DNA of 64,000 nucleotides, from the NCBI RefSeq assembly GCF_964194155.1, contig NC_135897.1, forward strand, positions 63,550,001-63,614,000. Reading direction: 5' to 3'. Both the position numbers and the translations under genes were made by a program. The DNA is from Cetorhinus maximus. Its lineage: Eukaryota. The notes beneath the pieces were generated by a model. The model made no database searches. It worked only from the letters and a program-made list of their open reading frames with translations, and was not told the origin of the DNA. Below are positions 1 to 13,429 of this stretch, one piece after another; positions within the stretch are counted from its first letter, which is position 1; each line of letters begins with the position of its first letter.

Positions 1-1589
1 ATTTTTTCACAGGCCTTTTTCAAAAAGTTTGTTTTAAGCAAGGGATGTGTTACTGTTCTTGGAAACAATGCAGTCTCTTACTTGTAACAGTGATGCCTGT
101 TATCTGTAAACCACTACTGATATAAAACATGTGTTCCAGAAGGAGGTCACAGGCACATCGTAAATGAATGTGATTCTTAAAGAGGCAAGTAAGATTATGT
201 CAAAGCATTCATCCATAATCTTGCTACCATGTATGGTTTCATGCTCTTGTGACAATGTGAGACATATTCTAATTGTGATGTGTGGGAAAACTATTCAATA
301 TAATAATATACTTAAACTTAACTAGCCACTTCAGAATTCTGTGGTATGTTCAGTAATGCCTCAGCTCTGAACAAATAGATTTTGATTCAAGAAGTGCAAG
401 TCCAGGGATAAACCCCATAAAAAAAGATGTGGAATAATTTATCATAACAATGATTCACAGGATTAAGATTCCATTGCGAGTATCGTCCTACAGTTCATCT
501 CTATAATCAAAATTGGACGCTTAATATAGCAAGTAGTCATTTAGCTCTATTCAGAGATAATTATGTGCATTTCAATCAGTGCAAACCCACATTATGACAA
601 GACAAACTAATTTTCTAATTAAAGTGCTTCTGGCATCTTTTTTTTTAAAATGGGAGACACCTTAAATGGAGGTTAGCGTTGACAGTGTTCATTTTTCTAA
701 ATGGAGGTAATCAATAACATGCAGATTATTTTTTGACAAAGCTATGATTTATCTGAAACTTGTATTGTGGTGACTGCTTCTGTTACAGTGCAAATGACTG
801 CAGTTTTTAAAAATCCATTTATATGGTTAAAGATATGGTTGTCACTGGCAAGACCAGCATTCATTGCCCATCTACCCTCTTGAATCAATAACTATACTTT
901 CAAAAGTTAATTTTCAGAATATCTATTGCAGTGACTAATTTTATCCAGATTTTAAATGTACTGGCTCTACTGCAACAAGGAAAGTAAGGGTTCAGTATTA
1001 TTACACATGTCAGCAATTTTTAACATGGGGAGCTTTTTGTATGTTATAAAATAGTATTTACAGCATTGATGCATTACAAATAAAAGTTTGTCTCCCACAG
1101 AATACTTTTGGCTAGCTTCATTTTATCCTTACAGTTCTTGATAGTTTTCTGTGTATTATACCTGTATCCTTATAGTCCATTAACAATAGTGCATTTCTTG
1201 AATATTTAATCATTAATAAAGTTCATCTATATGCTTTATGAATATACTTATTTCACAATATTTACAGATAGTTTTTTAAAATTTCTTTCGAACAAAATTT
1301 AAACAATAAGAAAACATAGGATAGGAAAACATAAAATATGAATGTGTCCTTCATAACAAAGCAGATATCTTTAACTGTCTTCGTTAATTGTGGAGTATGC
1401 TGCATTTAAAATGTTAGTAGTAATGCTAGAATTATTTCAACTTCAAATTTAAAAATTTGCGGGGACTTGAACTGATGCTAACATAACTAGGGGAATGTGA
1501 GAGAGAGATAGAAAGACCGATTAGAAATAAGCAAATTCATTATTCATCAAATTACTAGGCATTTAGGCTGTTTTCTATCCAGAGAGTAC

Positions 1590-1717
1590 CTTGTTTTGTT
1601 CTTCAATATCATAGATTCTAGGAAACATAGCATTATCACAGCCATCCTTCTCAATTCCCCTCAATTGAAGGTAAAATTGCCATTTTGTTTCAAAAGAAAA
1701 CCAGTTCTCACGATAAT
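1590..1717 (-). CDS. ADPRHL1: ADPRHL1/ARH2-like gene, coding exon 5 (gene continues beyond the left edge)
   Basis: 128 bp. Acceptor ttcacAG, donor AAG|GTactc. Encodes (D)YRENWFSFETKWQFYLQLRGIEKDGCDNAMFPRIYDIEEQNK, matching ADPRHL1 [22 protein letters not shown]...AIFPDNYDAEEREK. Confidence 0.93.
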
Positions 1718-4213
1718 CTGTGAATATGAGCAAATATAAGGACTGTGTAAAGGAAATAACTCACACAAAATATAGCCAATATATTTAAAATCTGCACATG
1801 AATTATTTACAGGAATAGACATTCTAATTAAAACTAATTAAAATTAAAACCTGAAAACACAGGAATTGCCAATACTTCTATCAATATTATCCTTCCATGG
1901 TCTCTCTCCACCCTACTGAAATCTTTAGGTTTACATCCTACAACCTACAATAGCCTCCACTTGCCCTCCTCTCTGCTCCAGCCTGCAGCCACCATTCTCT
2001 GCATTATGGATTTTTCTCCCCAAAACCAATTGCCACATTATCTTTATCTCTTCTTCAGAAGTCTCCTAAAATTATTTCTTGGTCATTTCCTTTAACATCA
2101 TCTAATTCCTGCTCAATGTCCATTGTTGCTCCTGTAAAGGTAATTCTGATTGTTTATCAGAAAAAAGATGCTACAAGATATAAGTCATATCTAATGAATT
2201 TGATTACATTATGCTGTGATTGCACTTTATTTTCAACCTTCAGCATAGAGGAGGGGGCTGGTTGCTCTGCTGACTTAATCATTTCTCTGATCCGAATTCA
2301 AATCTTGTTCAATAAATACAAAAGTTGTGGCTGAATGAATTTGGAATGTGTCAATGCAATTCTTGGGGAGGTGAGCCAGCACCACCAAACCAACTTAATA
2401 TGGCATTATATTGCTAGTGTTTTTTCGGAAAGACAAAGAGGACAGCAGAAAGGAGTCAAAGTGCTACACTGCTGCTCTAAGGTTGTGGAGAGGACAGATT
2501 TTTGGGGAAAGGTATGAGTTTTCTTTACCTTGTATCTTATTTATGATGTCTGAGCTGGGATGATCTGATGCTCGTTGCAGTAAGTATATATGCTTCGGTT
2601 GCCTATCTGTCATAACTCTTATGGGGAACCTTTCATGTCATGTTAGCATCCAAATTTTCTTCTTAAGTTTTGTTCATTAGGGAGCTGACTTAGCAATGTC
2701 ACATGCTATAATTATTATATTATAATTACCAGGAAGAGATGGCTTCCGAGGCAGCTGATTCCCCAATACATTATGTATTGGGATTTCTGATTAGCACCAG
2801 CCTTGGTTCATTGGTTGCATTATTATCTCTGGGTCAAAAAAATCACGGATTCATGAAACTTCTGAAACTGGAGCATACAATCGAGGGTGATATTGCCATG
2901 TAATAATGGAGGAGTGCTACATTTCAGATGAGATGTTAAGCCTGCCAATTCAGTTACATGTAAAAAATACAACCATGATGTCCTCACAGCCCAATCTGCA
3001 TATTTAAAGAAGAACCCTGCCAGTTTCAGGAAGGTTGCCTCTTGTCTGGAAAAAGTTAAAATTGGAAGAAGCTGCAGGATCAATATGAGACATCAGTGAG
3101 TGAACTCTACTGGTGATTTTAACCACTCGGCTACCTGATTTCGGCTGAGCAGCAAGGGTTAAAACTGCCCCTATTATGTCACACTTGTCCCATTTATTTT
3201 GAGAAAAAACAGAAAATAGTTTTTAAATGATAAACACTTGGTTGGTGTGTGTGTGTGTCTATATTACGCTTAATGAGCAGCTCTTCTGACTAATCATATT
3301 CAATAGTAGGTTTGATCAGCAATTACCCAATCGGGGCAGGGCAATGAATCAAGTGCCCTATTTTCTGTGAGCCAGGAAACAAGAGAACAAAGACTCAAGC
3401 TGACGAGTCAGTTGGTGAGATCTGCTAAAAGAAAGGACAGTGAAGAGCAGGCAGTTTTCATTTAGGAAGGAAGTCAACTTTGCCTCAGATGGCTGGCCAC
3501 ATTCAAGTTGAAAAGCGGTCTTAGAAAATTGGTTGCATTTTTATTATTTTGCTTATTCTCCTGGATAGAGCTGAAGTTAGTGGGATTATAGGTAAGATTT
3601 GGTCAAAATAGTTGCTCAGCACATTTACTGTAAAATATAGTGAAGGTAACTATTTATTGCAGATTTCATCTTACTAAGGTGTTATCAGTCTGCCTACTGA
3701 TAAACTGAAGAAGCACGCATCAGGAAGACATGACATCCAATTCAGATTGCAAAGGGGTCCTATTGTTATGCCCTCACCCTGCATCCCCCCATTGGATGGT
3801 ATGTTTCAATGTTGGGCAGCATGGGAACAATCTTGATCACAAGATGGAGAGATCGCTTATTAATACAAACAGTCTGCTGAATCTCAAGATAATATCCATG
3901 GCAGACCCAGTATTGTAATTCTAATTAAATTATTTTTTGGAACTATTATTATAAGATAAATGTGTGTTAAATGCAAAATCCTTTCTTTATACTCTGCAAT
4001 GAAAGTACATGAAAAATATTGCAAGGTGTGAAAACAGAAATCTTTGTGATCCGAACATTTTCTAACACATATGTAGCAAAATGTTTTCACAGTTTACATT
4101 TACTTCTATAGAAATGTTGTATTATACCTATCAGGATCTAAAAATAAATGTCCGAATAATAAGAAAAAAATAAGTCTTATTTAAGAAATAGATTGGCAAG
4201 CTGGAAACCCTAC

Positions 4214-4354
4214 CTGAAAAGTGCTTCATCTTCCTTTCACAGTGCTGTTCTGCAATTGGCATCACTTCCATCATTCTACGTCCCCACTGAACAATGGGCT
4301 TCCCTTGAATAGCATATGATGTAAAAAGTGCTGTACAGAAAGTACCTAGAAACC
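4214..4354 (-). CDS. ADPRHL1: ADPRHL1/ARH2-like gene, coding exon 4
   Basis: 141 bp, phase 1-1, ctgtAG...CAG|GTag. Encodes (G)FLGTFCTALFTSYAIQGKPIVQWGRRMMEVMPIAEQHCERKMKHFS, matching ADPRHL1 [39 protein letters not shown]. Confidence 0.95.
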
Positions 4355-4986
4355 CTACAGATGAACATGTTTAGTGTTAATGTTTCAGATAGTAAATTAG
4401 AACCAGTCTGGTGTTTTGAATAAAGTATCAGCTTTTTCCAATGCATATTTTTGAGAACATAAAATGTTTATCTGTAAGATGACATGTGCAGTTCACTATA
4501 CAGTTTGGTTCCATAATAGCAAAAATAACACAACTAAGTTCAGACAGTAGGCCTGCCATTTTGGATCCAGCTTGATTGCAAAATCCTGGTGCATAAAAGA
4601 TACCAGCGTAAAGTCAATGTATGGAATTATACAGCATGATGGTGTGCAATATATTGAAACAAACAATACAGTGCAAACCTAAATATAATGAAGGTACAAA
4701 TCTCAAACATAGACAGAATGACAGGTGAAGATATATCCTTCCCTTTCAGGTTTTCACTTTCATACCAGTCCCAAATGCTGCACTTGAATCATCCACTAGC
4801 AAATGCACAAAAGTGGATCAGAAGACACACCCTATAATCTTTGCACCCTCCTTAAGTCCTCTTACTAAATGACCCTTGATGCCACAGCTGAGTTTGAGAA
4901 CTCATTGTGCAGAGAATTGGGAAGATAAATTTGCATCTTTCTCTTAAGCCATGTTGCTGCATCACACTCAAGTGATACAATGGGTG

Positions 4987-5730
4987 GGGTGGAATTTAAT
5001 GGTCACGATGGCGGGTTCATACTCCGGCTGGACAGCCGGTGGCAACTGCACTGCGGCCATTCCCAATTGCACAGCCTACTGACTGCCATTAGGATACCCG
5101 GTTCTTGCAGGGGCATTTTCCGCATAAATTACTCCTGCAGGGTAGACAGCTTCTGGCTAATCAAAAGCCTGCAGATCTCCAGTGCCAGAAGTGCTACAGG
5201 GAGTGGTTGCCACTCCCAGTACTGCAGTAGGCCTCAGGCTGAGGGTTGTCATTGGAACACCATAATACAGGTAAAGGGGGTGGGATTGCCAAGGTCTGTC
5301 AGAGAGGGGGGTTGCTGTAAAGGGCAGCAGGGGGCTCCTGCCAATCCTTCTCTTGCCCTGTGCGGACCCCTCATGGGCACAGGATGCCCAAGGAGGGACT
5401 TGCCCCGAAACAGGCTGCAGGCTTATCTGCCAGTGTTAATCTGGTGGTTTGCCCACATTGCGTGGCCTCTGCCTGATGTTAGTTGAATACCAATGGTGGT
5501 GGCGAGGCCTTTAGGTAACCATTTAAGGGCCCCAATTGGCCTCCGTGCAGGAAGGCCGTTCTTGACCCTGTGCACCCCAGGCTTAATTGAGGGACATGGG
5601 GATCAGGAAAGTGATGGGCTCTCTACCCTGTACCTTCTCACCCCATCATGCAGCTCCCCCCCCCCACCACCCCCAACCCTGTATCCCAGTCCGCTCCTGG
5701 GGTGGTGTGGGGGACCTTATAATTTTGCCC
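4987..5730. mobile_element. Non-autonomous PIF/Harbinger-type MITE
   Basis: Imperfect terminal inverted repeats GGGTGGAATTTAA... / ...TTATAATTTTGCCC resemble the TIR of the autonomous Harbinger at 11275-15426. GC-rich interior with no real coding capacity. Confidence 0.6.
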
Positions 5731-5759
5731 AACATGCAGTATTATTATAGGAGGAGGCA

Positions 5760-6825
5760 AAGGGGGGAGTGTTATGTGTACTGGGTACAGTTCTGGCTGC
5801 TAAATTATAAAAAGGCACTGGAGAGGGTGCAAATAAAGGATATACAAGGGTGATAGCAGGAATGTGAGGTTACACCTATCAGGATAGGTTAAAACAGTTG
5901 GGTCTCTTTCCTCGACATAATGAAGGTCTTAAAGTTATGAAAGGTTTTGATAAGAGTAAAGACAGATAGGATGGTTCCATATGTGTGGAAGAGCAAAATT
6001 AGAGACCATCAATACAAGATAATCACCACGAAATCAAACAGGGAATCAGAAGAAACTTATTTACCCAGACAATGGTGAGAATGTGGAACTTGCTACCGCA
6101 GGGATTAATTGACATGGACGGAATGGGCTGAATTTTCGTCTGGGTGCGGAGGTGAGTTTCGCTGCGTGAAGGCCACAGTTTGCTTTTTATTGGAGGAAAC
6201 CTGATTTTCCTCCTCCCAAGGAATGTAAAATATTTTTCATTGATATTGCATGGAATCTTGAGGACTGTACATAGTACAAGCGCGTGAGTGGTTATGGACA
6301 ATATATGGGGGCATTAAGGGGGCATGGATGATCTATGGGGGCATGGGGTGGCACAGGCTGGCATAGGATTTTTGGGGGGGTGAGGTAGGTGAGAGGTGAG
6401 TTTTAGGGGGCCCTTAAACACTTGGGAGCTGGGATACTGTGTTGGAGAACTGAGGGGGGCCTTCTAACTGGCCCACCTTCACACCCACACTCCAGCACGG
6501 CTCGTAAACCTGACCCTGGTGTGAAAAGACGAAAATGACATGTGAACTCACACATGGGTCAGGTGTGCAGTTCATGAGCTGCGGAAATGTGCAGGTCAGG
6601 TTTTCCAAAGCCCAGAGGCACATTTGGCCCTATAGGTGCATTTAAATGTGAGGGGTTGCGGGGGGGGGTCTGGTGGTGGAGGTGCTAGATAAGTATATAA
6701 AGGAGGAGGAAACAGGGGTTATTCTGTTAGAGTTAGATGAAGAAGGATGACGGGTGGCTCATATGGAGCATAAATACTATAAATGGTTGGGTGGAATGGT
6801 CAGTTTCTGTGTAATTCTATGTATT
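5760..6825 (+). mobile_element. CR1 LINE 3' fragment, split by a MITE at 6125-6630
   Basis: Decayed ORF2 C-terminus (YWVQFW...KALERVQ; RRNLFTQTMVRMWN). CR1 3'-UTR-like sequence resumes after 6630. Confidence 0.7.
6125..6630. mobile_element. Harbinger-type MITE nested in CR1
   Basis: Termini GGGCTGAATTTTCGTCTGGG / CCCAGAGGCACATTTGGCCC are imperfect inverted repeats. CR1 sequence is continuous on either side. Confidence 0.6.
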
Positions 6826-7257
6826 ATAAATGAGATTTTAGACAAGATGCAATAAAGCAGAATCTGATACAGTAATATGTTGATTAAAGAATGTTACATA
6901 ATTTTCTACTTTATTTTTCCTAATTGTTTTACTTATGAATAGAGAGCATAGATTTGCTGTTTACTTCAATGATGTGCTATTATTTACAGTGTCTACATTT
7001 TACAACATTACACAGCTGATGTAGGCCAAGCTGTAATAACTGCTTAGTAAAATGCAGTTTTTGGTTGGTTTTTGAGTATAGCATTAGAACTAACATCCCG
7101 GTACTTAACTAACCCAGCATACTTAAATGCTATCGGCAAAAAGTATGAACAAATTTATTTAATGGTTTTAGTTATCACATTGGAACAGTTCTCTTGATAG
7201 TCATCAGACATACGCATTTATTGCTGAAAGGGTATTACTTAATCCTTTACGTGTTAC

Positions 7258-7383
7258 CTGCTGGATAACTGTGCGTCATTCGACCACATTCAATGCTGAC
7301 TTGCAGGAGGTCATTCAGTTGCTCAGCCTTTGAATAGCACATACCGACACACATTGTTCTTGCAGCTGCTCCAAATTTAGGTT
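7258..7383 (-). CDS. ADPRHL1: ADPRHL1/ARH2-like gene, coding exon 3
   Basis: 126 bp, phase 1-1, ttcacAG...CAG|GTaac. Encodes (E)PKFGAAARTMCVGMCYSKAEQLNDLLQVSIECGRMTHSYPA, matching ADPRHL1 [42 protein letters not shown]. Confidence 0.95.
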
Positions 7384-8479
7384 CTGTGAATTGGCACGTG
7401 ACAGCCGATTGATAGCGGTGCTTCAAATTCCACATCACTTGTACATACCAATGTTAGTAAACAAGCACTAATTATTAGTACATTTAAAAAGCCAACTTTT
7501 AACTGCATTGATTTAATCATGATGAATAATAAAACTTTTATCTCATTCCTTAAATATCTAAGTAGAGGAAACATTTAATGTGCTGACTGAGTTACTAAAG
7601 CCCTTGATTATGATCTGATGGTGACTTCAACCTCATTATTAATAAATATTATGTACATTAAAAATATGCCACTCAAGTTTTATTGAAATGAAAATCAATA
7701 ATATGCATTCAAACATAAAAGTGTAAACTGTACCCTTAGCTTTGAAATGGAATTTCTACTCGTATTATCACAAAATTGCTGAATACAGACTATTTACAGT
7801 GAATTGTTCAAGATTCACCAAAACGTCAAGCATTCACTAATGTCATATGTACACTTACAATGCCAGTTTATTTTGGATGCCTTTTAAAAGGACAATTAAT
7901 TGGATTATTTAAACTTTGAACAGAAGTTTGAGTTATGTACAATCTCACATTTACTGCTTTTGCTTGTAAAACAAAATACTAAAATTGAGTAGTTTTCTGT
8001 CCTGGTCATCTTTGTTTTTCCCAGAATGACATGTGTTACCAGCTACTCTGTTGATAATAGAAAAGTAAAGTATATGTACAGTCCCTACATTCCAAATTGT
8101 AACATGAAGATCTTGTCAGAGATTGCGGATTCTCTGAAATTGTTACACTGAACACCATTACCTCAAACATTGTCCACCCTACCACATCCCCCTCACACAC
8201 ACACGCACGCGCATGCAAAACCCTACACAACGTTTGAGTTAAGAGAATTCTCCTGCTCTGTTCAAACTTTCTTGCATTCAATCTTGGATCTGTGGCCTCA
8301 TTCTTTAACTCAAAGCTACTGGAACAGTTTGTTCCTATCTCACCTATCTTATTTTTCATAATTTCTATCACATTACATTGCTCTCTAATCTACATTGTTA
8401 TAACAAAAAAGATCCAATTTTTAAAGTTCTTTTTCATACCAGATAGCATCTAGCTAATCTGTGTTGTACCCATTCCAAA

Positions 8480-9410
8480 GCCTCAATATCCTTCCTACAC
8501 GCTAACTGTGTTCTTAAGATTTTACGTAGGCTCATCATGACCCCTTCGCATTTATATTCTGTATCTTTTGAGATAAAACTAGAATGTTGTTAGTTTTTTC
8601 TCACAGCCTGATCAACCTGAACTGTTGCCTTTAACGTTTTGTGTACACAAATTCCCAAATCCCTCTTCTCTTCTATGACACCGAGCCCTTTTTCATTCAA
8701 AATATAATTAATGCTTGTTTAAAACTAAAATGCATCACATTACACTTACCATAATTGAGTCCTATCTGTCACTTTTCAGCTTATTCCATTATCTTATCAA
8801 TATCCCCGACATTGCTTCCTCTGATCTTCTAAAGAATTAACTAGAGATCACATTTTGGTACCATCTGCAAATTTCAACACCACACCCTTTTGGTCTATAA
8901 CCAAATCATTGATATACATGGTGAATTGAAGTGCTCCAGAACTGAAATCCTGAGGGATATCACTATCCACTTTCAACCTAAAATCTTCTATTCTCCATTT
9001 CTCCCTTCTAAAACTTACTCTCATTTGCTATTCTCCCTGTAACTCCATATCCCTTAAACTTCACTAGCAATTTCCCATATGGTAACTTATCAAAACCTTC
9101 CTAATGTCCATTCACTATTTTCCCGATCTATCATGTCTGTTCCCTCAAAGAATTCACTGTGTTTGAATCATCTCTTTTGAAATATGAACTGACTTCTAAC
9201 TTTTTTTTGTTATTTAGATAGGTGGTCATTTCATCAAGGCTTTGTCATCCTCAGATATTAAGCAAACTAGCCTGTAATTACCCAAATTAACACCGTTTCC
9301 TTTTTAAAAAATGGATACTCCATTAGTTCCTTTTCAGTCCTCTGGCACTCAATTTAATTTCTAGGGCCTTTGCAATTTCCTCCCTCAACTACTTCAAGAT
9401 CCTGGCAGGT
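8480..9410 (-). mobile_element. Old, degraded CR1 LINE RT-region fragment
   Basis: Reverse strand shows decayed FADGTK-like and KCNVMHF-like RT motifs (ccatctgcaaattt, aaaatgcatcacattacactt). Confidence 0.55.
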
Positions 9411-9424
9411 GTTTGCTTATGCTT

Positions 9425-10065
9425 TAGAGTCATAGAGTTATACAGCACAGAAACAGGCCCTTCGGCCCATTGTGTCCATGCCGGCCATCAAGCACCTATC
9501 TATTCTAATCCCATTTTCAAGCACTTGGCCCATTACCTGTATGCTATGGCATTTCAAGTGCTCATCTAAATACTTCTTAAATGTTGTGAGGGTTGCTGCC
9601 TCTACCACCCCCTCAGGCAGTGTGTTCCAGATTCCAACCACCCTCCGGGTGAAAAAATGTTTCCTTAAATCCCCTCTAAACCTCCTGCTCCTTACCTTTA
9701 ATCTATGCCCCTTGGTTATTGACATCTCTGCTAAGGGGAAAAGTTTCTTCCTATCTATGCCCCTCATAATTTTGTATACCTCTATCAGGTACCCCCTTCA
9801 GCCTTCTCTGCTCTAAGGAAAACAACCCTAGCCCATCCATTCTCTCTTCATAGCTGAAATGCTGTAGCCCAGGCAAAATCCTGGTGAATCTCCTCTGCAC
9901 CTTCTCCAGTGCAATCACATCCTTCCTATAGCGTGGCGACCAGAGCTGCACACAGTACTCCAGTTGTGGCCTAACTAGCATTTTATACAGCTTCAACATA
10001 GCCTCACTATTCTTATATTCTACATCTCGGCTGATAAAGGTAAGTATGCCATATGCCTTCTTATC
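9425..10065 (-). mobile_element. CR1 LINE 3' end (5'-truncated)
   Basis: ORFs 9751-10110 (LYKMLVRPQLEYCVQLWSP...ALEKVQRRFTR) and 9438-9767 (GHRLKV...HFFTRRVVGIWNTLP), with a tagagt/catagagt microsatellite tail. Confidence 0.92.
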
Positions 10066-10324
10066 CAAGCCAAGCTTTGACGCTTGGTTATCCCTTAATT
10101 TAACTAACATTTAAGATTTTCATTTTATCTGCCACAGTATTTCTCATCTCTCTAGTTGGATATGGTGGTGCAGATGACTACCAACTTTCCCTACATAACA
10201 GTCATAACAGTTCCCTACATAACAAAATGATTTATTTTGTGGTATTTTGAAGTAATAGTAGGGATGTTGTAAAGGGCCATAAGCTTAAGTGCAATTGTTC
10301 TATGACTGGGCCAGCTTTCCACTG

Positions 10325-10665
10325 TCTGGTCAGAGTAGATAGGGAGAAACTGTTCCCATTGGGGGAAGGATCAAGAACAAGATGACACAAACTTAAGGTA
10401 ATTGGCAAAAGAAGTAGTGGCGACATGAGGAAAATATTTTCCTGCAGCAACTGGTTCAGATCTGGAATGCACTGCCTCGAGTGTGGTGGAGGCAGGTTCA
10501 ATTGAGGTGTTCAAAAGGGAATTGGATCATTACCTGAAAAGGAAAAAAATGCAGGGCTAAGGGGAAAAGGCAGGAGAGCGGCACTAGATGAATTACTCCT
10601 TCAGAGAGCCAGCACAGACATGATGGGCTGAATAGCTTCCTGCTGTGCTGTAACCATTCTATAAT
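10325..10665 (+). mobile_element. CR1 LINE 3' fragment
   Basis: gagtagatagggagaaactgttccc...tggaatgcactgcct...ctgtgctgtaaccattctat is a typical CR1 3' end. Confidence 0.75.
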
Positions 10666-11949
10666 TTGGCATAATCACACCTAACGGTATCATACCACCC
10701 TCTCTAAAGCTAAACTTCTTACAATTCAAGGAACATTATGGAGGGGACCAATGATCTCAGATTCCTCAATTTCATTCCTGCAAACTCTTTTAGCTGCTTT
10801 TCCAACCTCAACTTTTAAAATTTTGCAAAGAAATTATGGATATTTTGGTCTCCAAAGGGAGGACCATCCACACAGGTGCTTCAGCCACTACCTCCTTCTG
10901 ACCTCACGTCCATCTCCAATCTTCTCACAGCCTCTCACTCACTCATCCTGATTCTTTATAACTCTGTAGTTTCCTCCTTACCACTCCTAATTCTTCCTCC
11001 AAATTCAACTTTTTCTATGAGGACCATCTCTTGCTCTCTTAAGCCTCTCCCATCCAATTTGTGATCATTTAGTTATGTCTCATTATTCTATGCTCGTTAA
11101 TATTGTAACGAGGTCCATCTGATCAGGCACCATCCCCCCCCTATTCAAAACTGCCATCATCTCATACTCTTTAAAAGGCATACCTAAGCCATTTTGTTAT
11201 CACCAACTACCATCCAAACTCCAATTTCCATTTCCACTCCAAAGTCCTTAAGAGTGTTGTCACCTCCTGGCTTTGGGCGGAGTTTTCCGAGCCCGCTGGT
11301 GGCAGGTGTGATAGGTGGCATGCGCAGAAAATATGGCGTGACCTGCTTCACAACGGCGTGAAGGCAGGTCACGATTGTCTGGTCAGGCCACTACCAACGT
11401 TTCCTGCCATCGGTTGGCGGGGAGCTAATTGTAATATATCAGTATATAATTAAAAGGCCATCCCACCAGGCTCTTGGAACCCCGCCATATCATCCATCCA
11501 CGTTGGCGGGAAAGCACGCCGACTTATTTCACAACAACACACAGGCGACATGCACTTGGTGGCCTTCACTTTGGGGGAACTGAGGTGAACGAGCAGCAGC
11601 GTTCTCCAGTTTACAGACTTCGAATCCACCACCATTTATTGGACCACGGAGCAGTTGGACTGCACACGTTGTACAATCTCCTCGCCAACGCTGGCCATGT
11701 AGCAGTCACTGCTGGAGGCGCTCACAGCCCTTTGCAATCTCAGCATCCCAGTTTGGACCAGTGTCCCCCATGTCGCAGGTTGACAGGGCAGCCCTGCAGC
11801 GCACTCATCTCTGGTCATCCGAGGGGTGACCAGCACTTGCTGGGAAGCATTAAGGGGCAGTCACACACGGCCAGGAAAGCTGATAAGTACAGCCATGATA
11901 ACCACGTCTCTCTCTCTCTTTCATGCTGCAGGAAGACCATGTCAGGATC

Positions 11950-13165
11950 ATGGATCCTGGTGACCTAGCTGTATGCCCAATGGCCTACAGAGACGCTAAA
12001 AGACTGAGGAGAGAGTGACTGAGGCTCCTGGCTGCGCAAAGGCAGGAGCAGCAACCTCATGAAGGGGCAGTAGGGGTTCCCGCACACGCTGCCCAGGAGC
12101 GACAGCAAGCCGTGGCTGGTCGGCGCCTAGTGACAGCCAGGGTCTATAGACGCCGCCTGCCATTCCTGCAGATGACTGAGAACCAGTGTCGCTGACGACA
12201 TGTCTAGGGACCTAGTGGCTCACATCTGCCACTTACTGCAGGACTCAGCGCCAAGGGGACATGGAGGGCATCCACTGCCAGTGGCTGTGAAAGTGACTGT
12301 GGCGCTCAATTTCTATGCCAGTGGCTCCTCTCAGGGCTCCACAGGTGACCTCTGTGGGATTTCATAATCCGCCACCCACAAATGCATCCATGAGGTCATG
12401 GATGCCATCTTCTCCATGGCACACAACTTTGTGCATTTTGCCCGGGACTAGGACAGCCAGGATGCAAGGGCCATTGGATTCACCCTGATCTCGGGATTCC
12501 CACAGGTGCTGGGTGTGATTGACTGCACTCATGTGGCACTCAGGTCTCCGTCGCTACACTCGATGGACTACATCAACTGCAAGGGCTCACAGAACGTGCA
12601 GCTGGTGTGCGACCACCAGAAACGCATCCTGCAGGTGTGTGCACGGTTTCCAGGGAGTGTACACAACGCCTACATCCTGAGTCGCTCGCAGATCCCGGCA
12701 GCCTTCCAGAGTCCACAGAGGCTGCAGGGTTGGCTCCTTGGGGACAATGGCTGATGACACCCATGCGGCAGCCTCAGACTGCAGCAGAGCAATGCTATAG
12801 TGACGCTCATGCTGCAACTTGCTACTTGGTGGAGCAGACCATCGCGATGATGCAGATGCGGTTCTGGTGCGTGAACCAGTCTGGTGGAGCCCTGAAATAC
12901 AGTCCACAGAGGATGTCACACATCGTCATCATCTGCTGCACCCTTTACAACCTGGCGCGGCAATGGGGAGAGGAGCTGGCTGAGGAGGAGATGGAGGAGC
13001 TGGAGGTCTCCTCCAATGAGGAGGACACAGACAGGGATGAGGGTGAGGGGGTCCTCAGTGGTGATGACGATGGGGATGAGGCTCTCGCACTGGGAGGCGA
13101 GGCAGGCGTGCTCGGGAGGCTTTCATAGCCGCCACATTTGTGGAGGATGATGACGGAATGCAGTG
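11950..13165 (+). pseudogene. Harbinger (HARBI1-like, DDE_Tnp_4) transposase, disrupted
   Basis: Motifs [67 protein letters not shown] and CCTLYN, plus an acidic tail. Premature stops and frameshifts. Confidence 0.9.
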
Positions 13166-13429
13166 AGGTGTCCCCATAGGTCCTCACATCGCAGTTGTGA
13201 ATATTTGACTCCAGTCTGGCTTATGGCAGCACCAATACCCTCTGTGAGAATGCTCCTGTCATGGAGATGCAGTGGAGGCCATAACAGTTGCTCGATCACA
13301 GGAGGATGATGACAACTTGCAGTGAGGACACTCCATAGATCTTCACATAGCTTCTGAGAATGTCTGTCTTCTGTCTGGCCGAGGGCAGCTCACTTGCGCT
13401 CCATGATCAGGGCCATCTCAGAGACGCAG

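Noticed and set aside
1-1589. Search for ADPRHL1-like exons 6-7 (GHDAPMIAYDALL region)
   Set aside because: No convincing match with splice sites was found. These exons probably lie left of the window.
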